DNA from: Balanoglossus misakiensis
Lineage: Eukaryota; Animalia; Hemichordata
Assembly: GCA_040954595.2 (NCBI GenBank)
Contig: CM082577.2
Coordinates: 12,185,654-12,249,653, forward strand
Direction: 5' to 3'
Length of the DNA stretch: 64,000 bases
Shown here piece by piece: positions 26,821 to 41,744 of the stretch. The position numbers and the translations under genes were made by a program. The notes beneath the pieces were generated by a model. It had not been told where the DNA came from, made no database searches, and saw only the letters and a program-made list of their open reading frames with translations. The first letter of the stretch is position 1, and the number at the start of each line of letters is the position of its first letter.

Positions 26821-29800
26821 AAACTGATGGTGATGATGTTATCATGGGGAAATTTCATATTACTGCACATGTGATGGTTCTGCTGGTATCAGCGTATTTA
26901 TTCACTACATTGTAAAGGTTCCAGTCTTGCTGATGCTAAATGTATGGAATACTGTATTATCACCCTCTGAAAGAAGTGTGACCGAGTGAAGGACTTCAGT
27001 AAACCTTACACACTATAGTAGTTCTAAGTGCGGGTTTTTTCTAAGAACGAACATGATCAATCATCATTCATAGCTTGATGTTTAGAATAAATTTCAATTC
27101 ACTGTCTGATTTTAAGTCCCTTGTTTGAGCTAGCCACTTTGCCAAATTACCTGTATGTGTATGTTTAACAGAAACTTGTAGATCGGTTTAACCTGTTGGC
27201 ATTTACCTATCAGTAGAAGTAACTGCAAGCCATCATAAAACTAGAGTAGCAATGACGTCAGTCCTGTCCCACTCTGCTCATATTTTCCCCAAGTCTGCCA
27301 ACATCAAAAATGCGATGCAGTCTGTGCAGACAGTGATGATACCCTGGATCATGGATGTTGTCTGGGCCCCTAATCCACTCAGCCAAATGATGGGTGTGTT
27401 CCATAATTCGACCAATACGTGTGTACTTTGCGCCAATCCATGCAACCTCATTTCTCTATAAATGGATCCACCCATGGCATTTTCATATAAAGAATGGCAT
27501 GTACATGTATGCTTGACTGTGGTGATGGAATTTAGGCTTCATTGGTGTTGCATATTTCCACCAAAGTGAAGTTTGTCCCGTGTACTTGGGGGGGGGGGGG
27601 GGAGGGGAGCGATGGGCTTGCTATACAATGTATGTATATACATGTACAGTACAGGGGCTATAGAAAATTTGGCTTTGCATAGGGGTATTACTTGTAATCA
27701 GCTGAAGAGGTTTTGCAACAGTATAACTCTTAGACCCGAAGCCACGATTACCCTGTATTGCTCTCCCATCTATAATTCACAGGCTTTCATTGCCTCCTAA
27801 GTGCACTCTACCCATACGTTGAAATCTTTTCTGTGTCGGGAGAGTCTGTGTGCTTAACACAGTTCAGTGAGTTGTGCACACATTTGTGTGTGCTATCTCT
27901 CCCCCAAATCAGTCAAATCTGACCAGAATGAGATCAACAAGAGAGTTGTGGGATATGAAGCTCGGGGCGCTGACAGAGCATATATATGAATTTCTTGGAA
28001 TTGTGAAAGTTTTGGATATGGGTTATCGTGAAAAATTCAGTGGCGTGTTTTTCAAGTACAGTACAACATGTGGTAACACCGTGCAAGCCACAGAATGTGC
28101 AATACAGAGGCTTCTGGCCAACTTCAACCACAGAGTCACAAACTGTAAAATCAAGCTGTATGTGGTTAAGTCAGTAAATTAATTAATGATTGTCTTAAAA
28201 AATTTAACAGTAGTAGAAGTGAGTTATGAATGCTGCCATTTATCGCCCACAAGGACCAATTAGTGACGATGGACAACTCCCTACCCCATTGCGATGGTCA
28301 TGCCCAGAGGAAAAATAATTGGTGTTGAGCTGGCAATGACCTTATACAGTATCGTCAACTCAACTGTACAATAAATCCTGATTTGTGGAGAACATTTAAT
28401 CAGGCAACTAACTGTTTACAGTTTTCAGTGAGTACAATGTGGTCACTTGACTTGTAGTCTAGAATCTAGGCTCAAGTATTTTTTTAAACTATTAAAGTAT
28501 GGAGCCTCACAAAGAAACACACGAGTCCAGATTCTTGACCACTTGATTTGTGTCACTGTAAATAGACAGTGACCTGATCTCCGCTGTATTCGAGTCAGCC
28601 ATTCTTGGTGTCAAGGGTCGGCTGCTTTCTTGCATTGTTTATGGATTCCCACGAATCCCTAACCCTAAATTGTTTACATAGCTGCATAAACATGATCAAC
28701 AACTGTTCCAAGCAGTTTAAAAGTCTGCATCCCAAGGGGGACGTTGAATCCTCATGGTATTTCAATTACACACTGGTCCAAGTTCTTCAGTGACTGCAGC
28801 TGTCAGTGACGAACGCTGAAATGTTACGCACAGTATAAAACAGTACTGTAGTATGTTATTAATGCTTTGAAAACTATATTTTTCGCTGTCAATATGTGGC
28901 ATGGTATTTTTATGATTTTCACGCATTTCTCCCTATTTTTCCCCTTAATTCTAGTCAAAGTGGACATAATTTTCCATTATCTGCAGGTCTTGATCAAAAA
29001 ATTTAGCACAAAAATGTGGTAAAAGTATCAGGTTAGTTTGGTTAAAAATGACGACAATGTGACTATATCAATGAGAGGGTTAAAAGATGTTTTAAAAGTA
29101 AAAGGGAAGGCTTTCCTTTGTTGCCATCGGTATATTGAACAAAATGAATTTCATATGTCCATAGCACTTTCCTATACAGATGCATTCTGGGAACTTTCGC
29201 CATCGGTGGTGAATGTTATTAAAAAAATCGCAGATGAAAAGCTGTAGCTGGAGGGAGTGCAGTGGGATATGGCCACTGTCAATGGACTGCATTTTGGCGG
29301 CTTATGTAAGACATCTTTTACCGACGCTCACAATGAGGTATTTTTAAGAGAGAGGAAGGGATAATCCAACATGGAAACCAAGAAAGAGACCCTGTAGCTG
29401 GTTGTTTGGTTGCTTAGGGGAAAATAGCCATCTTGACATCACCATCTATGGTACATTATACATGTACCAATAATATACCCAATGCACACATATGCCAATA
29501 CCATTTGAACATATATAGTATAGATTTTAAAAACAAGGTGTACGCATGTTATGTATGTACATGTAGTTTAAAGATACATGTAGCACAGTCCATTATGCTC
29601 AGTCAGAGTATCTGTATTGACATATTGTTTCAAAAATAGACATGTTCATCATGCATCAGATCACTAGTTGGTTTCCCATAAATTTGCCTGTCATTGAGAA
29701 ATGGACATGTTTGGACTGATACATGTACATGTATATTGTATTTGTAGTCTTTTAAAAGAAATTATCCACCGTACAGATGTATTCACCACCTTTTTACAGC

Positions 29801-31078
29801 CCTGGACAATTGCGCTTGCTGGTTACAGTGTTACACTTACAGCCAAAGAAAATGGTTTTAGTGTGGTAATTAATTCATGAAGTGTTTTCAGTTTCAGTTT
29901 GTATTTGTTCTTTTTATGGAAAACTACACATGGAGATTTGAGAGGAAAACTATTAAATTTTGAATGTCAGTGAAACTTTTGGTATAAAGAAGAAGTTAAA
30001 GCCCCTATAGCTGCCAAATTACACATATTTTTTTCCCCACAGTAAAATACTTCAAATATATTCCCTATCCTCTAAAATGACCACTATTAAGCCATATTAC
30101 TTCAATGCATTTGCATCAGTTTGTCATCTCTTTGCTGGTCTGGTCTCCTTCACTGCTGTACAATAATGCTGCAATAGCAGAGCACACAGCCAGCAGAGCA
30201 TTGTAAAAACTACAATGTACTCTCACTGTTGTAACTCACTGTCATACTTAAGCCTTATGCAGACCAGCTGAGCTTGGCTTGGATTGGGTAGCCGGTGGAG
30301 TAGGTTTGTGTCACTGGAATCTATCCAAGATAACAGTTTAACTGCTTCAAGGACCCAATTTGTGCGAGCAAGTCGTGAACAATGGTTCAAGGTAGCTCCA
30401 AATGGGAGTTTCACATCTGACAAGTGTGATCTTAATTAGCAATCCACAAAGAAACAGCTTCTTTTCATGTTTGTTTCATTGTTTGATATATTGACTGGTG
30501 ATAGTCCATTTGGACTTTGAAGGGTTTCCGGGGTCGCAGAGATAAGCGGCTATTATGACTGTTTTTACAAAACCAGTTGTCATCATAACAAACCCCGCTA
30601 AGTAACCATTGGAGGAATTTGAACAGCTAAAAGACTGAGTGAGTAAAACCTACAGCTGTGCCGGGGCTAAGTTGCAGTTGTCCAATGTCACCATTTTGTC
30701 AGTAATTTGGGAATCGAAAATATCCATCATGTCCCTGAAGCAAATCATGATTATGAAGTTCTGTGCCTACCAAAAAATGTATAACATTCAGCTTGTGTAC
30801 ATATTCAGTTCTAATCACCTGTGGTATTTTCCATTGTACCTCTACTGAGATACCACTTTTCCCACTGTGTTTCCAAGATACATCTTTTCTGTAGTCCTGC
30901 GCAAACCCAACAGGTGTTTGTGAGTTCAGGACATTCAGTGTTGTGGGGAAACAATGTATGAACTTCAGTCAACATCGTTGTAGAGGTATACTTCTAATTT
31001 TCAGAATTAAACTTCTCAAAGTGTAGGTACAAGTTGATAGTATAACAAGGTACATTTACTGGGGGGAGGGGGGGGGGG

Positions 31079-31163
31079 TAGCCTAGTACCTCGGCATATT
31101 TTGTCCGCTTTGCTTCCAAAGTTTTGGAAGCAAAGAGGACAAAATACGGCTAGGACTAGGCTT
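31079..31163. mobile_element. Short palindromic TAG-terminal MITE (AcademH-like family) inserted in a poly-G tract
   Basis: TAGCCTAGT..ATTTTGTCCGCTTTGCTTCCAAA / TTTGGAAGCAAAG.GGACAAAATACGGCTAGGACTAGGCT; same ends as 52231-52609 and the fragments at about 48445-48495 and 48800-48840. Confidence 0.65.
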
Positions 31164-34100
31164 GGGGGGGGGGGGCATTTTCAATGTCACTCCTGATCTT
31201 GAAGTGTCTGGTGATGTAAAAATGAATAAACAAGAAAGTTCAATTACAATTCCAAAGTCAATGGATACCGGCAGACGTAACTTATAGGCTGCGTTGTAAA
31301 TTGTACATGTAGTTTGTTGGAATCAAAGGAACTTGGGTACTTTCCTCTCGGCCTGCTTGTGCATTTTCTGAAAATTTGACACTTCCTGTTATGCATACAT
31401 TTCTGGTTTCTGCCACACAACATCCGTTTTGTCTCAACCAGAAATCTTCTCTGAAGCCACAATCTACCTGTAAACAGTATCTTATCAGCCAGAACCAAGT
31501 CATTGGGGTTATCATGATATCCTGTGCCAACAGAACTGTTCATAGATTATCTAATCACTGTGTGTATGATGTACTTTGTGCCAGCTTTGGAATGGACAAT
31601 ACCAGCATCTGTGTACTGCACAGCAAATATTTTAATGTGGTTTACTGGCTTTGTCAACAAGTTGAGCCCAACTTGTTTGATGAGCGGTTAGGGTATGTCC
31701 ATAAATGCTATACAGCCTTGCTGTTTGGCCATGGTCAGTGTCGTAGGTCGTGACCTTCTGACCTTGTACGAGAAATTCATTGAGATGCAGCCACGACGCG
31801 ATTTTCTGATGGGTGTAGATCCTTGTTGTTTAGAATCAGTGTCTTCGAAATGACAGTCGAAGTGTTCGATAGAAAAGGAGCTTGTGCCCACAAATGCACA
31901 AATTTAAGGTTATGAAGCAGATGTCTGTTATGGCATACCCATGAGAGCGGTAAAATCTAAAATTACCACAGTGGGTCAACTTTCAAAACTAACAATTTTA
32001 TTGACACAACAATGGCCAGACCAAACCGGATGGTCTGTTTCAATCAAGTGCAATTTTATACACGGGAGGTTTGTAATTTGTTGACCCACATTTCTGATCA
32101 TGCACATGTACACTTGTCTTCATGATTGTCGGTTTTCAGTTCATCAAACACAAGTCGCTTTGATCACACTGTGTTTATCGACAAGACATGACTTCAAGAC
32201 TGCAAGTTTGGAAGTCTAGAAACAGGTGATGGATCATGTAGCATCACAAATCAAGAGCTGCAGTTAAACCTGAACCAGAGATGCAAGCCTGTCCACTCAG
32301 GTCACATAACTGTGACAAAAATGTTCATGACACTGTTGTATCCCAATGCATCGGCAAGATTGAGAGTACCATTTGTCTATTCAAAAAATATCCCCCATGA
32401 GTACAAATCTAAATTTGCAATCTGTCCAACTTGTTAGTTTTATTTCAAAATTAAAAGCAGAAGTTATAAAATTTAAGACAGTGTTTGTGTAAAATTTTGG
32501 TGGGGCACTACCTGCAGCGAAACCAAAAACTTAAAGGTCATAAACATTTACTTTCTGGCCATGAATCTACCAGTGAGAGGCAGAGAATGTTTTCAAATAA
32601 AGATGCTTGTATATTTTCAAACACGGTTGGTTTGGGATCATTGCATTGGCTTCTTTCAGACATACATCACTGTTTTACGAGAACTGTACCAGAACTTTAC
32701 ATGAAACACTCTTCACGTATGACTTCAGCGTTTGAATTTCACACCATGGACTTTCACACATCCATGCTTAGACCACCTTGTGTTATTTCAAAATTTCCAT
32801 CTATAAGTCTTTGCTGTGTCTTCAGTGAAGTTAGAAGCAGGTGAATTGGATTTCTAATTTTTGTGTGTGTGAAAATGAACTGATCATATTTGCCTAGTTG
32901 CCTGTTGAAGAGTTTTGATTGTAATGTACATTTGCATACATGTAGCACCAAACCCTTTGCTACAGCACTGCAGTTGTGCCTACCAAAGAGCCATGATTAT
33001 CTGGCAACAAGCATGACTCATACAGATTTGCAAGACATGATTTCACAGTTAGAGAGCATTGACGGGGCAATAAAAAAAGCCATTACAGATATTGGTGCAT
33101 GTTGAAGTAGTTGTTGAGATCCGCGTGTTGGAAATAACTTCGTGTTTAGTGCGTCCGCCCTTTCAAGTGTTTGTTGTCAGTGCGTTTCAAGTGGGAGACC
33201 TCAAGAGTTATTTTGTTGTTGTGGATTTGTCATTAATGGGGGAAAAAGAGTGAAGTAGAAAAAGAAAACAGAGTACTTTGTAGCTCAATGAAACCTACAC
33301 CGGTACCCAGGTGAAAAAGGAAATTGCCAAGAGATTACATGTACTCATATTTTTGCCACAGTTACAACCACATACACATGTAAAACTAAGGGCTAGAGGA
33401 TTGTACATGTACGCTATGCAGACATTTGAAGTTTGATTTCATGTCAAAGATTTGTAAATCGTTGAGTCACAATTCCCTCACATGATGTACTCATGCATTA
33501 TTTGCATACCATTTCTTGACAAACATTATTTTCTTATGATCTTCTGAGTTGACCTGAAATCTCTTAATATTTTCATTTGTCTATACATGTAGTTGTCTGC
33601 AGTTGTTGTTTAAAGATTTGTATGTCCCATATTTATATTTTACTTGTCTTGGGGAATTACTTGTAGGAAAGTACACTGTACATGTACATTTACAGTCAGT
33701 AGGTTTGCTGGCATACCAGCAGAGAGACTCATTATGTATTCAAACAGCAAAACGTGTAGTACATGTATCTCCATATTTTTTTGTATTCAGCCACTCCTTG
33801 GTCTTATCTCTTGTACAAAACACTTTCTGGGTTGTGAAATTATGTGATATATTAACACTTTGAATGTTTTTATCATGCACGCAGGAGAAATCAATAGTGA
33901 CCCTTCCCCTAGTAGAGTTTTGTCTAATGCCTTGATTGGTTAAGCCAATGTGGTTGCATCCATCTGCAGAGAAATTAACCATATACTTGCTGAAATTGAA
34001 ATGTTTTCATTTGTACAAAGGTCCTTAATAACAAATTATATTTTAAACATGAGATATGATAAACGGTCAGTTGCCATGGCAGCTCTGGCAAAGTTCATAT

Positions 34101-35410
34101 ATGAAAAACAAACTGCCAATAAAATACATTTTATGAAAGTTAATGTAGTTTCATGTATAATTTCTTCCCATCAAGGCATTGTTAGTTAACGGTTGCAAGG
34201 GTGGAGACTAGTCATGCATGTTCCAGTGAAGATAATATACTCAAAGATGACTTATATTATAGGCTGTGCATCTGTAATTTAAATTGTCCAATTGTCAACT
34301 CAGGCAGATTTAAAAAATAATGGAGGATCCTTGCCTAATGAGTTATTAAGAATTGCTTGTGAAGGGAGATTTTTTTCCTGGTTGAAACCTTGGGAACGTT
34401 TTTGATTCACGCCCACAGATGTAGAATCAGTCTTTGCAAATTGCTTTTGAGACTCGGATCTTGCTTGCTGGATGCTCAGGGCCAAGAAGTCACAAGAAGA
34501 GAGGTGTTGTATGACATTTACAAATCAAAATGTGGAAATTGCCAGGTCTTGTAGTCTGCCTGTCGATCTAGACTACCGGGTTTAGCTGCGATGCCATGCC
34601 AAGGTGAATTTGAAATGTAGCCTTTTTGCATTTTGTCATGACCTGTGTGCTCCACATAGCTGCAAAGTCTATCGTTGCACAAATTTGAGGAAGAAAAATG
34701 AGAAAATGTTTTCATCCTCAGACGGTGTTTTGAATACAAATTAATGAGATCAGCAAAGACCATTAGTGTGTAGGTTACGTGATTCGTGTCGTCTAAAACC
34801 TGAACCCCGGTGCGTGTCTGTTACTTTTGACGTGTTTGTTCCATCCGAGGAGACTGCAGAAAATGATATTAAAATCACTCATTCGCTGATCTTCTACGTG
34901 ATTAGAGGTACAGTGAAGCTTGATTTTTAAACAAAGACAACCAAAAACTGTTCTCTGTCACCATATATTAATTTATAATCTGCGTCTTCTGAGAGCACCA
35001 TATGTGAGCCAGATGATCATGGCTCAGGTATTTTACGAAATTGCCTCCCTGTGTTCATGAGTATGGCCTTGATGAACGGAATTGGCAGTTTGTAAACAGC
35101 ACATCATAGATTTATGCATTGATGAAATTGAGCTTTGTTTATGCCAAATTTTATTCACAAATTTGTGTTATAAGTACATGTACAGTGTTGTGTAAATTAA
35201 TTAAAAATAATAGATGACCCTAGTATGAAGCCGAAAGGATTTTTAACGGTGTATCACAAATCACCTAGATTTCTACTCCATTAATCTGGAAAGATGAAAA
35301 AATAGAAAATTAGAATTTTAATAGGGATAAGGTAAGAATTTTAATAGGGATAAGGTACGCCATGAAGTACTTGTAACATGTCATTTAAAATATTGAGGCA
35401 GTGGGTGATA

Positions 35411-35827
35411 CAGTGCAGCTTAGGAATAGCTTTCCAATTTGCTAACAACTTGCTGACACGGTGTTTATAATGGGCCAGCTCAGTGTTAGCCTGTGTGTTC
35501 CAAGTGTTACAAAGGTGTGAATCTGCTGGCCCTGGCACTTGGCATTGTTCAGTGTTAGCACCTTGGCGCACCCTATTGTTTTGGCACACAGTGTTAGCCT
35601 GTGTGTTCCAAGTGTTACAAAGGTGTGAATCTGTTGGCCCTGGCACTTGGCATTGTTCAGTGTTAGCACCTTGGCACACCCTATTGTTTTGGAACACCCC
35701 AGTTAAACACAAGCCCAATAGGTGCTAATTAGAGCGCCAATAGGGTGCCAACCCAGAGTTGACCCAGTGTTTAAACAGAGCTGACCCAGTGTTGGTGCAG
35801 TTGGAAAGCTATTCCTAAGCTGCACTG
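35411..35827. mobile_element. MITE with 27-bp perfect TIRs and an internal 108-bp tandem duplication
   Basis: TA-CAGTGCAGCTTAGGAATAGCTTTCCAA...TTGGAAAGCTATTCCTAAGCTGCACTG-TA; internal units at 35481-35588 and 35589-35696. Confidence 0.8.
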
Positions 35828-38800
35828 TATTTGTGAAGTACTTTGCAAAGCGCAGATTTCATTTGGAATAGCTGCGAACGATTCAAGTATTTCACAAGTA
35901 GAACACAAAACGTGCCAAGTACAGACCTATAATATAAAACCCTTCATATGATGTCAAGGCTAAAGTTCATTGCGACCTACAATTCACTTATGGGAGAATA
36001 TGGGTCAATTTGCATGTATATTGGTGCCAAATTTGTTCCAGGGCCGCGCGACAACCATCCAATTAGATTTGATCGTTAGAAATGTTGCCTGGCCAAGCAA
36101 ACACAGGAGAAGAGAGTTTGGTTACAAAAAAAGGGAACTGGCATTTTTTTAGAGAGCGACCCCCACAACCAACATTGTGGCAAGCATGTGGACATTGCAA
36201 TAACAGGAATCCACAGGAGGGCCATTCAGACCAAATATTATTGTGTACTGGGGACCCAGAGTGTATCCACTGATTGTTGATATATAGACGGCAAAGGCCG
36301 CATTTCTGAGCAGACTTTCTTGAGACTTTCCCTTGATTTGTGACCCATTTAGATCCTTGGCGTTTGTAAATACGCCAGTTCGCAGCCAGCCGACCGCCCC
36401 AAAGGGGGAATAAAGCCACATAAAGCCGGGAAGGAAAGAAGCCCTCAGCCGTTTCTAGTTAGGATCCAGCCAGTGTTTTTTGCCAGTGAGAAAGAACAGA
36501 CCCGTAGATATGGGTCATTAACTTGAAATGGTCGGTAGATTTATGGCTAAATATCCAAATAAACAATTTGCAAGTGCAGGGAGTGATCATGACTGCAGAT
36601 TTTGGTGGGTGTTGAAATGGGGCGATTATCTCCTCAGAGAATAATCAGCTGGCAAGAGTTGTTGTCTGCTGGTAGTACTTGGAGTGGTGGTGTGTGTGTG
36701 TGTGCCCTGCTGATAAAACCTGTCCACATCTCTTTGCGTCTCTATCAGCTAGTATCTGGCTGTATTTTTTTTTCTGCTTTACTGCCGAAGCTAGTTATAC
36801 TTGTAGAAACAAAGCGGACAAAATACGACTAGATACTAGACAACATGCATGTCTCTACATACAGTAATGGTGTCGGCCACGATCCTCTTTTGGATTTCTG
36901 GGGTCACGAACTCAACATCTTCACCTGAGCATCTTTCAGACATGGGTAGATAACAGTTCTGAGTTCACAAAGCCAGGAATCGGAAAGATTCGGCACTGAA
37001 ATTCTTTTTAAAATCAGGTTATGTCATTGACTGTTTCTCTAGATCCTACTAGGCCAAGCCACAGTAACACCAGGATAGGAAAATGCATATTCTAGGCTAT
37101 GTTTTTTGTGTGTGTGGATATTCAGTTTGGCCTCTGGTCCTCACATGTAGTTGTCTGGCCATCTTTAGTTTTATTTCCAAAGATTTCATGGACGGTGACT
37201 GGAAAGTGAGATGTGAGATGGCTGAATACATACTCGTGCAATGTCTAGAATCCAGACTTCTATTTTAAAGTGGAGCGTAGTGAAAAAGCACAGGAGTCTG
37301 GATTCTAGACTGGATGTACACTCCATAACATTTCCACTGATATATGCCTTGTAACACTGAGCATAGAGCGTGTCAGCATGGCAACGATTGACCACCTTCT
37401 ATTTAAACGCCAAAAGTAAAGTCTACAGCTATTAATTTCACCCAGACAAAACTTTCTGTCAAAATAACAAATTGAGAAATATAACCACGGTTTTAGTAAA
37501 ATCATGATTTCAGTGTGCTGTACTGGCGTTCCCCTTCAAAACAAAATGTATTAAAATGTCAAATATGGACCTTTTTTTCCATTTTAAAATTCTGATGATA
37601 ACTGATGAATAAATAAAATGAGATAGTTTACCCATGAAAAGTTGAATAAATTCTGCCTCACCCATAGGAGCTATTTTCTAGAGCTGTTATCGCATGAGAG
37701 ATATGAAACACAATTTATTATCATTGTTCTCTCCTGTGGCCTTGCTTGCAAAGCCAGCCAGTGTTTGCAACCATTCAGTGGTTATTACAAGTGAACCAGA
37801 ACTATTCCAACCATGCAGAATTCAGGGTTTTGTAGCTCAGCTTAAATTTCACTGCAGGCCATTGTCTGCTGTTTTTCTCATCAACGAAATCAGATGCAAC
37901 TGTGCATGTATTGCTGTTCATTCGGAGATATTGGCTTTATATGTTTGCTAATTATTTGATAGCTAATAAAAAAGGTAGTCATTTTGTCGTGATCACTTGG
38001 ATCTTTGCAAAATTCCAATATGTAAAAAAATTCTCAACAATTTCAGCCATGTGTAGGTCTATAGATGAATAAGAAAAAACAAATAGGTTTTCAGCCAAAA
38101 TTTCCGCAAAATAGTGGAAAAAACGCAAAATGTGGGACATTTTATCCCGCGCATGTCGAAAATCACCAAGGAGAGTGTATTACGTTTGCTGTAGAGCATA
38201 GAGCATGAGACTGCTGATTGATGGTGTAGAGTTCAATGGCTGACATACTGTCAGCCCAGAGAAAATTAATTTGATACACAGCAGCTTTTCAAAACAGAAA
38301 GACACCCAGATAAAGTACAAAGAGCAGTGACCTGCTGTATTTGAATTGAGTTCCTGCAGGCATGATGTTTTCACCTCAAAATGGCCACTGTCATTTTCAA
38401 GGCGTTCCAGGGAGGTCCATTCAGTGGAGAAACGGGGTCAGCTTGTGTTCTTGTGTCAGGGTTCTCGGGAAAGGAAATGGTTTGTAGAGATTATAGGGAT
38501 TTGGAGAAAGTAAACAAATGTGTTCTGGGGGACACAATGTGCTTGTTAGGCTGTCTATGACATCTACATGTAGTATCTTGAAGTATTTTGTCACCTTTGA
38601 TTCCAATGACATTGTATGGTGATTCTGTCTTGCATAAATGATAAAGTCCAAAAATCCAACGAGATTGAGAGAAAATAGAATTTATACAAAAGGCAACCTG
38701 AAGTCGATAGGCCCTCCATGCACCCCAATGCACCTGGTTTTTAGACAGAATGTTGTCAGAATCAAACAGAAACATTTGAAATCGCTGCACTCTTTCCAGC

Positions 38801-41107
38801 ATGCAAGCAACTACAATGATGTATAGTACTTTCTGAGGTCGCCACGCTATAGCCCCCATTCAGGCGGCCAAGGGGAGTGGGGCACATGTACATTGTAGGG
38901 CAGTGGGTGCGAAGCGAGTGTCCCCCCCACAATAAATTCAATAATGCATAACGGACCAACTGCACTGAAGACAAGAGGTTGAACTAGACTCAAGTACAAT
39001 GATCAATACAATTTGTATGTAAATAGTATAAGGTCCCCACGACCCAGATTCTTGTATGGCTTCCTCTATACAAATATGGTTGACTGTACACATTATACCA
39101 TCTCCACAAAATGAGATAGCATTATCCATTATGATTTAAAAACAAAGCACTGGATGTTCTCTGCTGTGATGTTGTTGCATCCGCCCTCCATTGTCATTGT
39201 AACGTGACCAGTTTTTTTTTAAATGGTGGGAAATATAAAATGAGGTAAAAAGAATTGTAAATTCCTACATGTATTCCGTCACAACGGACTGTTGTCAGTT
39301 GCAGGCAGTATCATTTCATCGAAAGAATATCCGAGAAAATTGGGAGATATTTTGTGATTGAATGATAAACATCTCTTCTAGATGTAGCATGATCCATATG
39401 ATACAATATACTCCTATTAAAATACACTCGCAGATCTACATGTACGTATGATAAATAGAGATATACATGTGTAGATTATGCAGGCAAAATTTTCCTTAAC
39501 GTTTCAACCACTTGTACTTCATGTACAATCAAATTCAAATAAAACCAAATGAGAATACTGGTACCAGAAAATGAAAGGTGGTTTAATAGGTCTGTTCTTG
39601 TCACTTGTGCATTTTACAACGTTTGATCTCAGTCTCTTCGTAAATGCAGAATAAAAGAGACACATGAGAAAGTCAGCATGCGAAGGCAGTACCCGGTAAT
39701 AAAATCAAGCAGTTGATTCCTTCAGTGTGCATTTTTAGGCCACATGACATCAATTGATTTCAAAAGGCTTTAAAAATGGATCCATGGCGACATTATCTCC
39801 AGAGAAAACTTTGAAAGCCTCGTGTAATAAGAAGTCCACTGTTGAGGAAATTATAGTCCTCTTTTTATTCAGATAGATTGAAATGCCAGTGTAATTATGA
39901 AAGATGGAAATTTCCAAAATGAACAAGGAGAGTGAAATTTCCAATATCAGTTATCATTAATTATTAAACAAAGCTGTCAATGGAAACTCTCGTATACTAT
40001 AAAATGTCTAGAACCAACACAAATGAAAGGCATCATGGGTAATGCTGCGATCAATTCTTGAGGCAAGGAAAGCCATATTTTTTTATTAATTTCAAATCCT
40101 ACGATTTTCAAGAGCAGGGGCTCTGAAGTGTTCCATTCAGCATGTTGATATGGATATGTGATCTGTATACTCCTCCGCAAAGATCTTCTTCTTCCTTCGG
40201 CTATTCCTGTTGTGTAGAAATTTCAGAAGAATATAAATAATTGAATGTTTTTTTTCCACACTTATCAGGGAATTGAGTCAGTTTCTTTTTTTACCCCCAC
40301 GTACAGAGCATTTGCAATGTATATGTGCACCCATGCCAAGGTGTGGTAACCATGGTTACAGCACAGAAGTAACCAGCAGTTACTACATATAGTTCTGCTT
40401 CACCGGCTGCAAAATATTTCCTCCAGATAGTTTCATTTTTTTTTTTTCGTTTAAAAATCGCTCAAAATTACTTAATGCAAATTAGAATACTTTGTGTGTT
40501 TGCTATAAATAAAATAAAATAAATATCATTCCAGAAAGCATAATATATGTCTTTTCAAAAGCAGTTAACTCAGATTGTTGTATTTGGGGAAATTACCCTT
40601 ATCAGTAGTTTGTCGTATGTGTGTCTTTGAGGTTTGGGAAATTTCTGTATTTCAATTTTGCCGAGATAAAATATTCAAACCGTCTATAGTTGTTTTCATA
40701 AGGAGGGTGTTTTCTGAAGAACTATTACTGATAAATCATTTCAGATGAAATGATTATGATTGCTTCCATCTAGAAAGTCAAAAATTCTTTTAGAAATTTG
40801 CATTGTTGAAATTTGTTTGTTTCTGGTTACATGAATAGGAGTAGAAAGGGGGGAAATGAACAGAAAGATGACAATCTTGTGCTCAAAATTAATAATGTGT
40901 GCAAATTCAAAGAAGCATTACACCAGAAAGATAGAATATGCAAACAGGAGTGTAGTGTAAATTGTAACATTGTACTTATATAATGAAATGGTGTTAAATA
41001 CATGTACATGTAAGATTGCTGGGCTGAAGTCATCTACAACTGAGTGCAGGTCAAATCTGAAGACACCAACATTCTTCTGATCCCGTATTTTCTCGTATCC
41101 TTCACAG

Positions 41108-41744
41108 GCAACAGATGCCAACGACGACGGAAGGGCAGATCACCATGGAGAAATCGCCCAGCTATTTTGTGACGCCCGAAGTGCCCAAGCGAGTGTACAA
41201 CATGTCCAAGGATGTCAAGCTGCTTGTAGTCGTGCGGGAGCCGGTCACTCGGGCCATCTCGGACTACACCCAGACGGTCAGCAAGCGCAAGACCAAGCCC
41301 TTTGAAGAACTCGTCTTTGTGGGCAACTCCAGCGTGGTGGACACGGCCTGGGGTGCCGTGCACATCGGCATCTACGCCAAACATTTGGAGAAGTGGCGCC
41401 AGTACTTCCCGCTGTCCTCGTTTCTCTTCGTCAACGGCGAGGAGCTGGTGAGGAACCCGGCGGCCGAGATCGTGCGGGTGCAAAACTTTCTGGGTTTGAA
41501 ACCGCTCATTTCGGACAAGAATTTCTTTTTCAACCACACCAAGGGCTTTCCCTGCCTCAAGAAGTTTGAGAACAGCAGCAGCCCGCACTGTCTCGGCAAG
41601 ACGAAAGGCAGGACGCATCCGACGGTGGACGCGGGCGTCATCAAGCGACTCCGCGATTTCTACCGACCGTTCAATGCCAAGTTTTACCAAATGACCGGAA
41701 TAAACTTTCGCTGGGAGGACGATGTGTACCAGAATAGCAGATGA
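41108..41744 (+). CDS. HS3ST: Heparan sulfate glucosamine 3-O-sulfotransferase, coding exon 2 (catalytic domain); full CDS 410 aa
   Basis: Acceptor CACAG|G at 41107 joins WYR-QQMP in phase 2. Motifs [23 protein letters not shown] (3'-PB), [28 protein letters not shown]; TGA at 41742-41744. Intron 18059-41107 (23,049 bp) is at the same WYR position as in vertebrate HS3ST2/3/4/6. Confidence 0.95.

Noticed and set aside
26588-26915. Poly-Met / poly-Ile ORFs
   Set aside because: Translation of a (GAT)n microsatellite.
35341-35728. ORFs with a duplicated 36-aa Cys-containing unit
   Set aside because: Arise from the 108-bp internal tandem duplication of a MITE.
41034-41690. 218-aa antisense ORF over HS3ST exon 2 (also 17526-18038 over exon 1)
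   Set aside because: Shadow ORFs from GC3-rich codon usage on the coding strand; no recognisable motifs.
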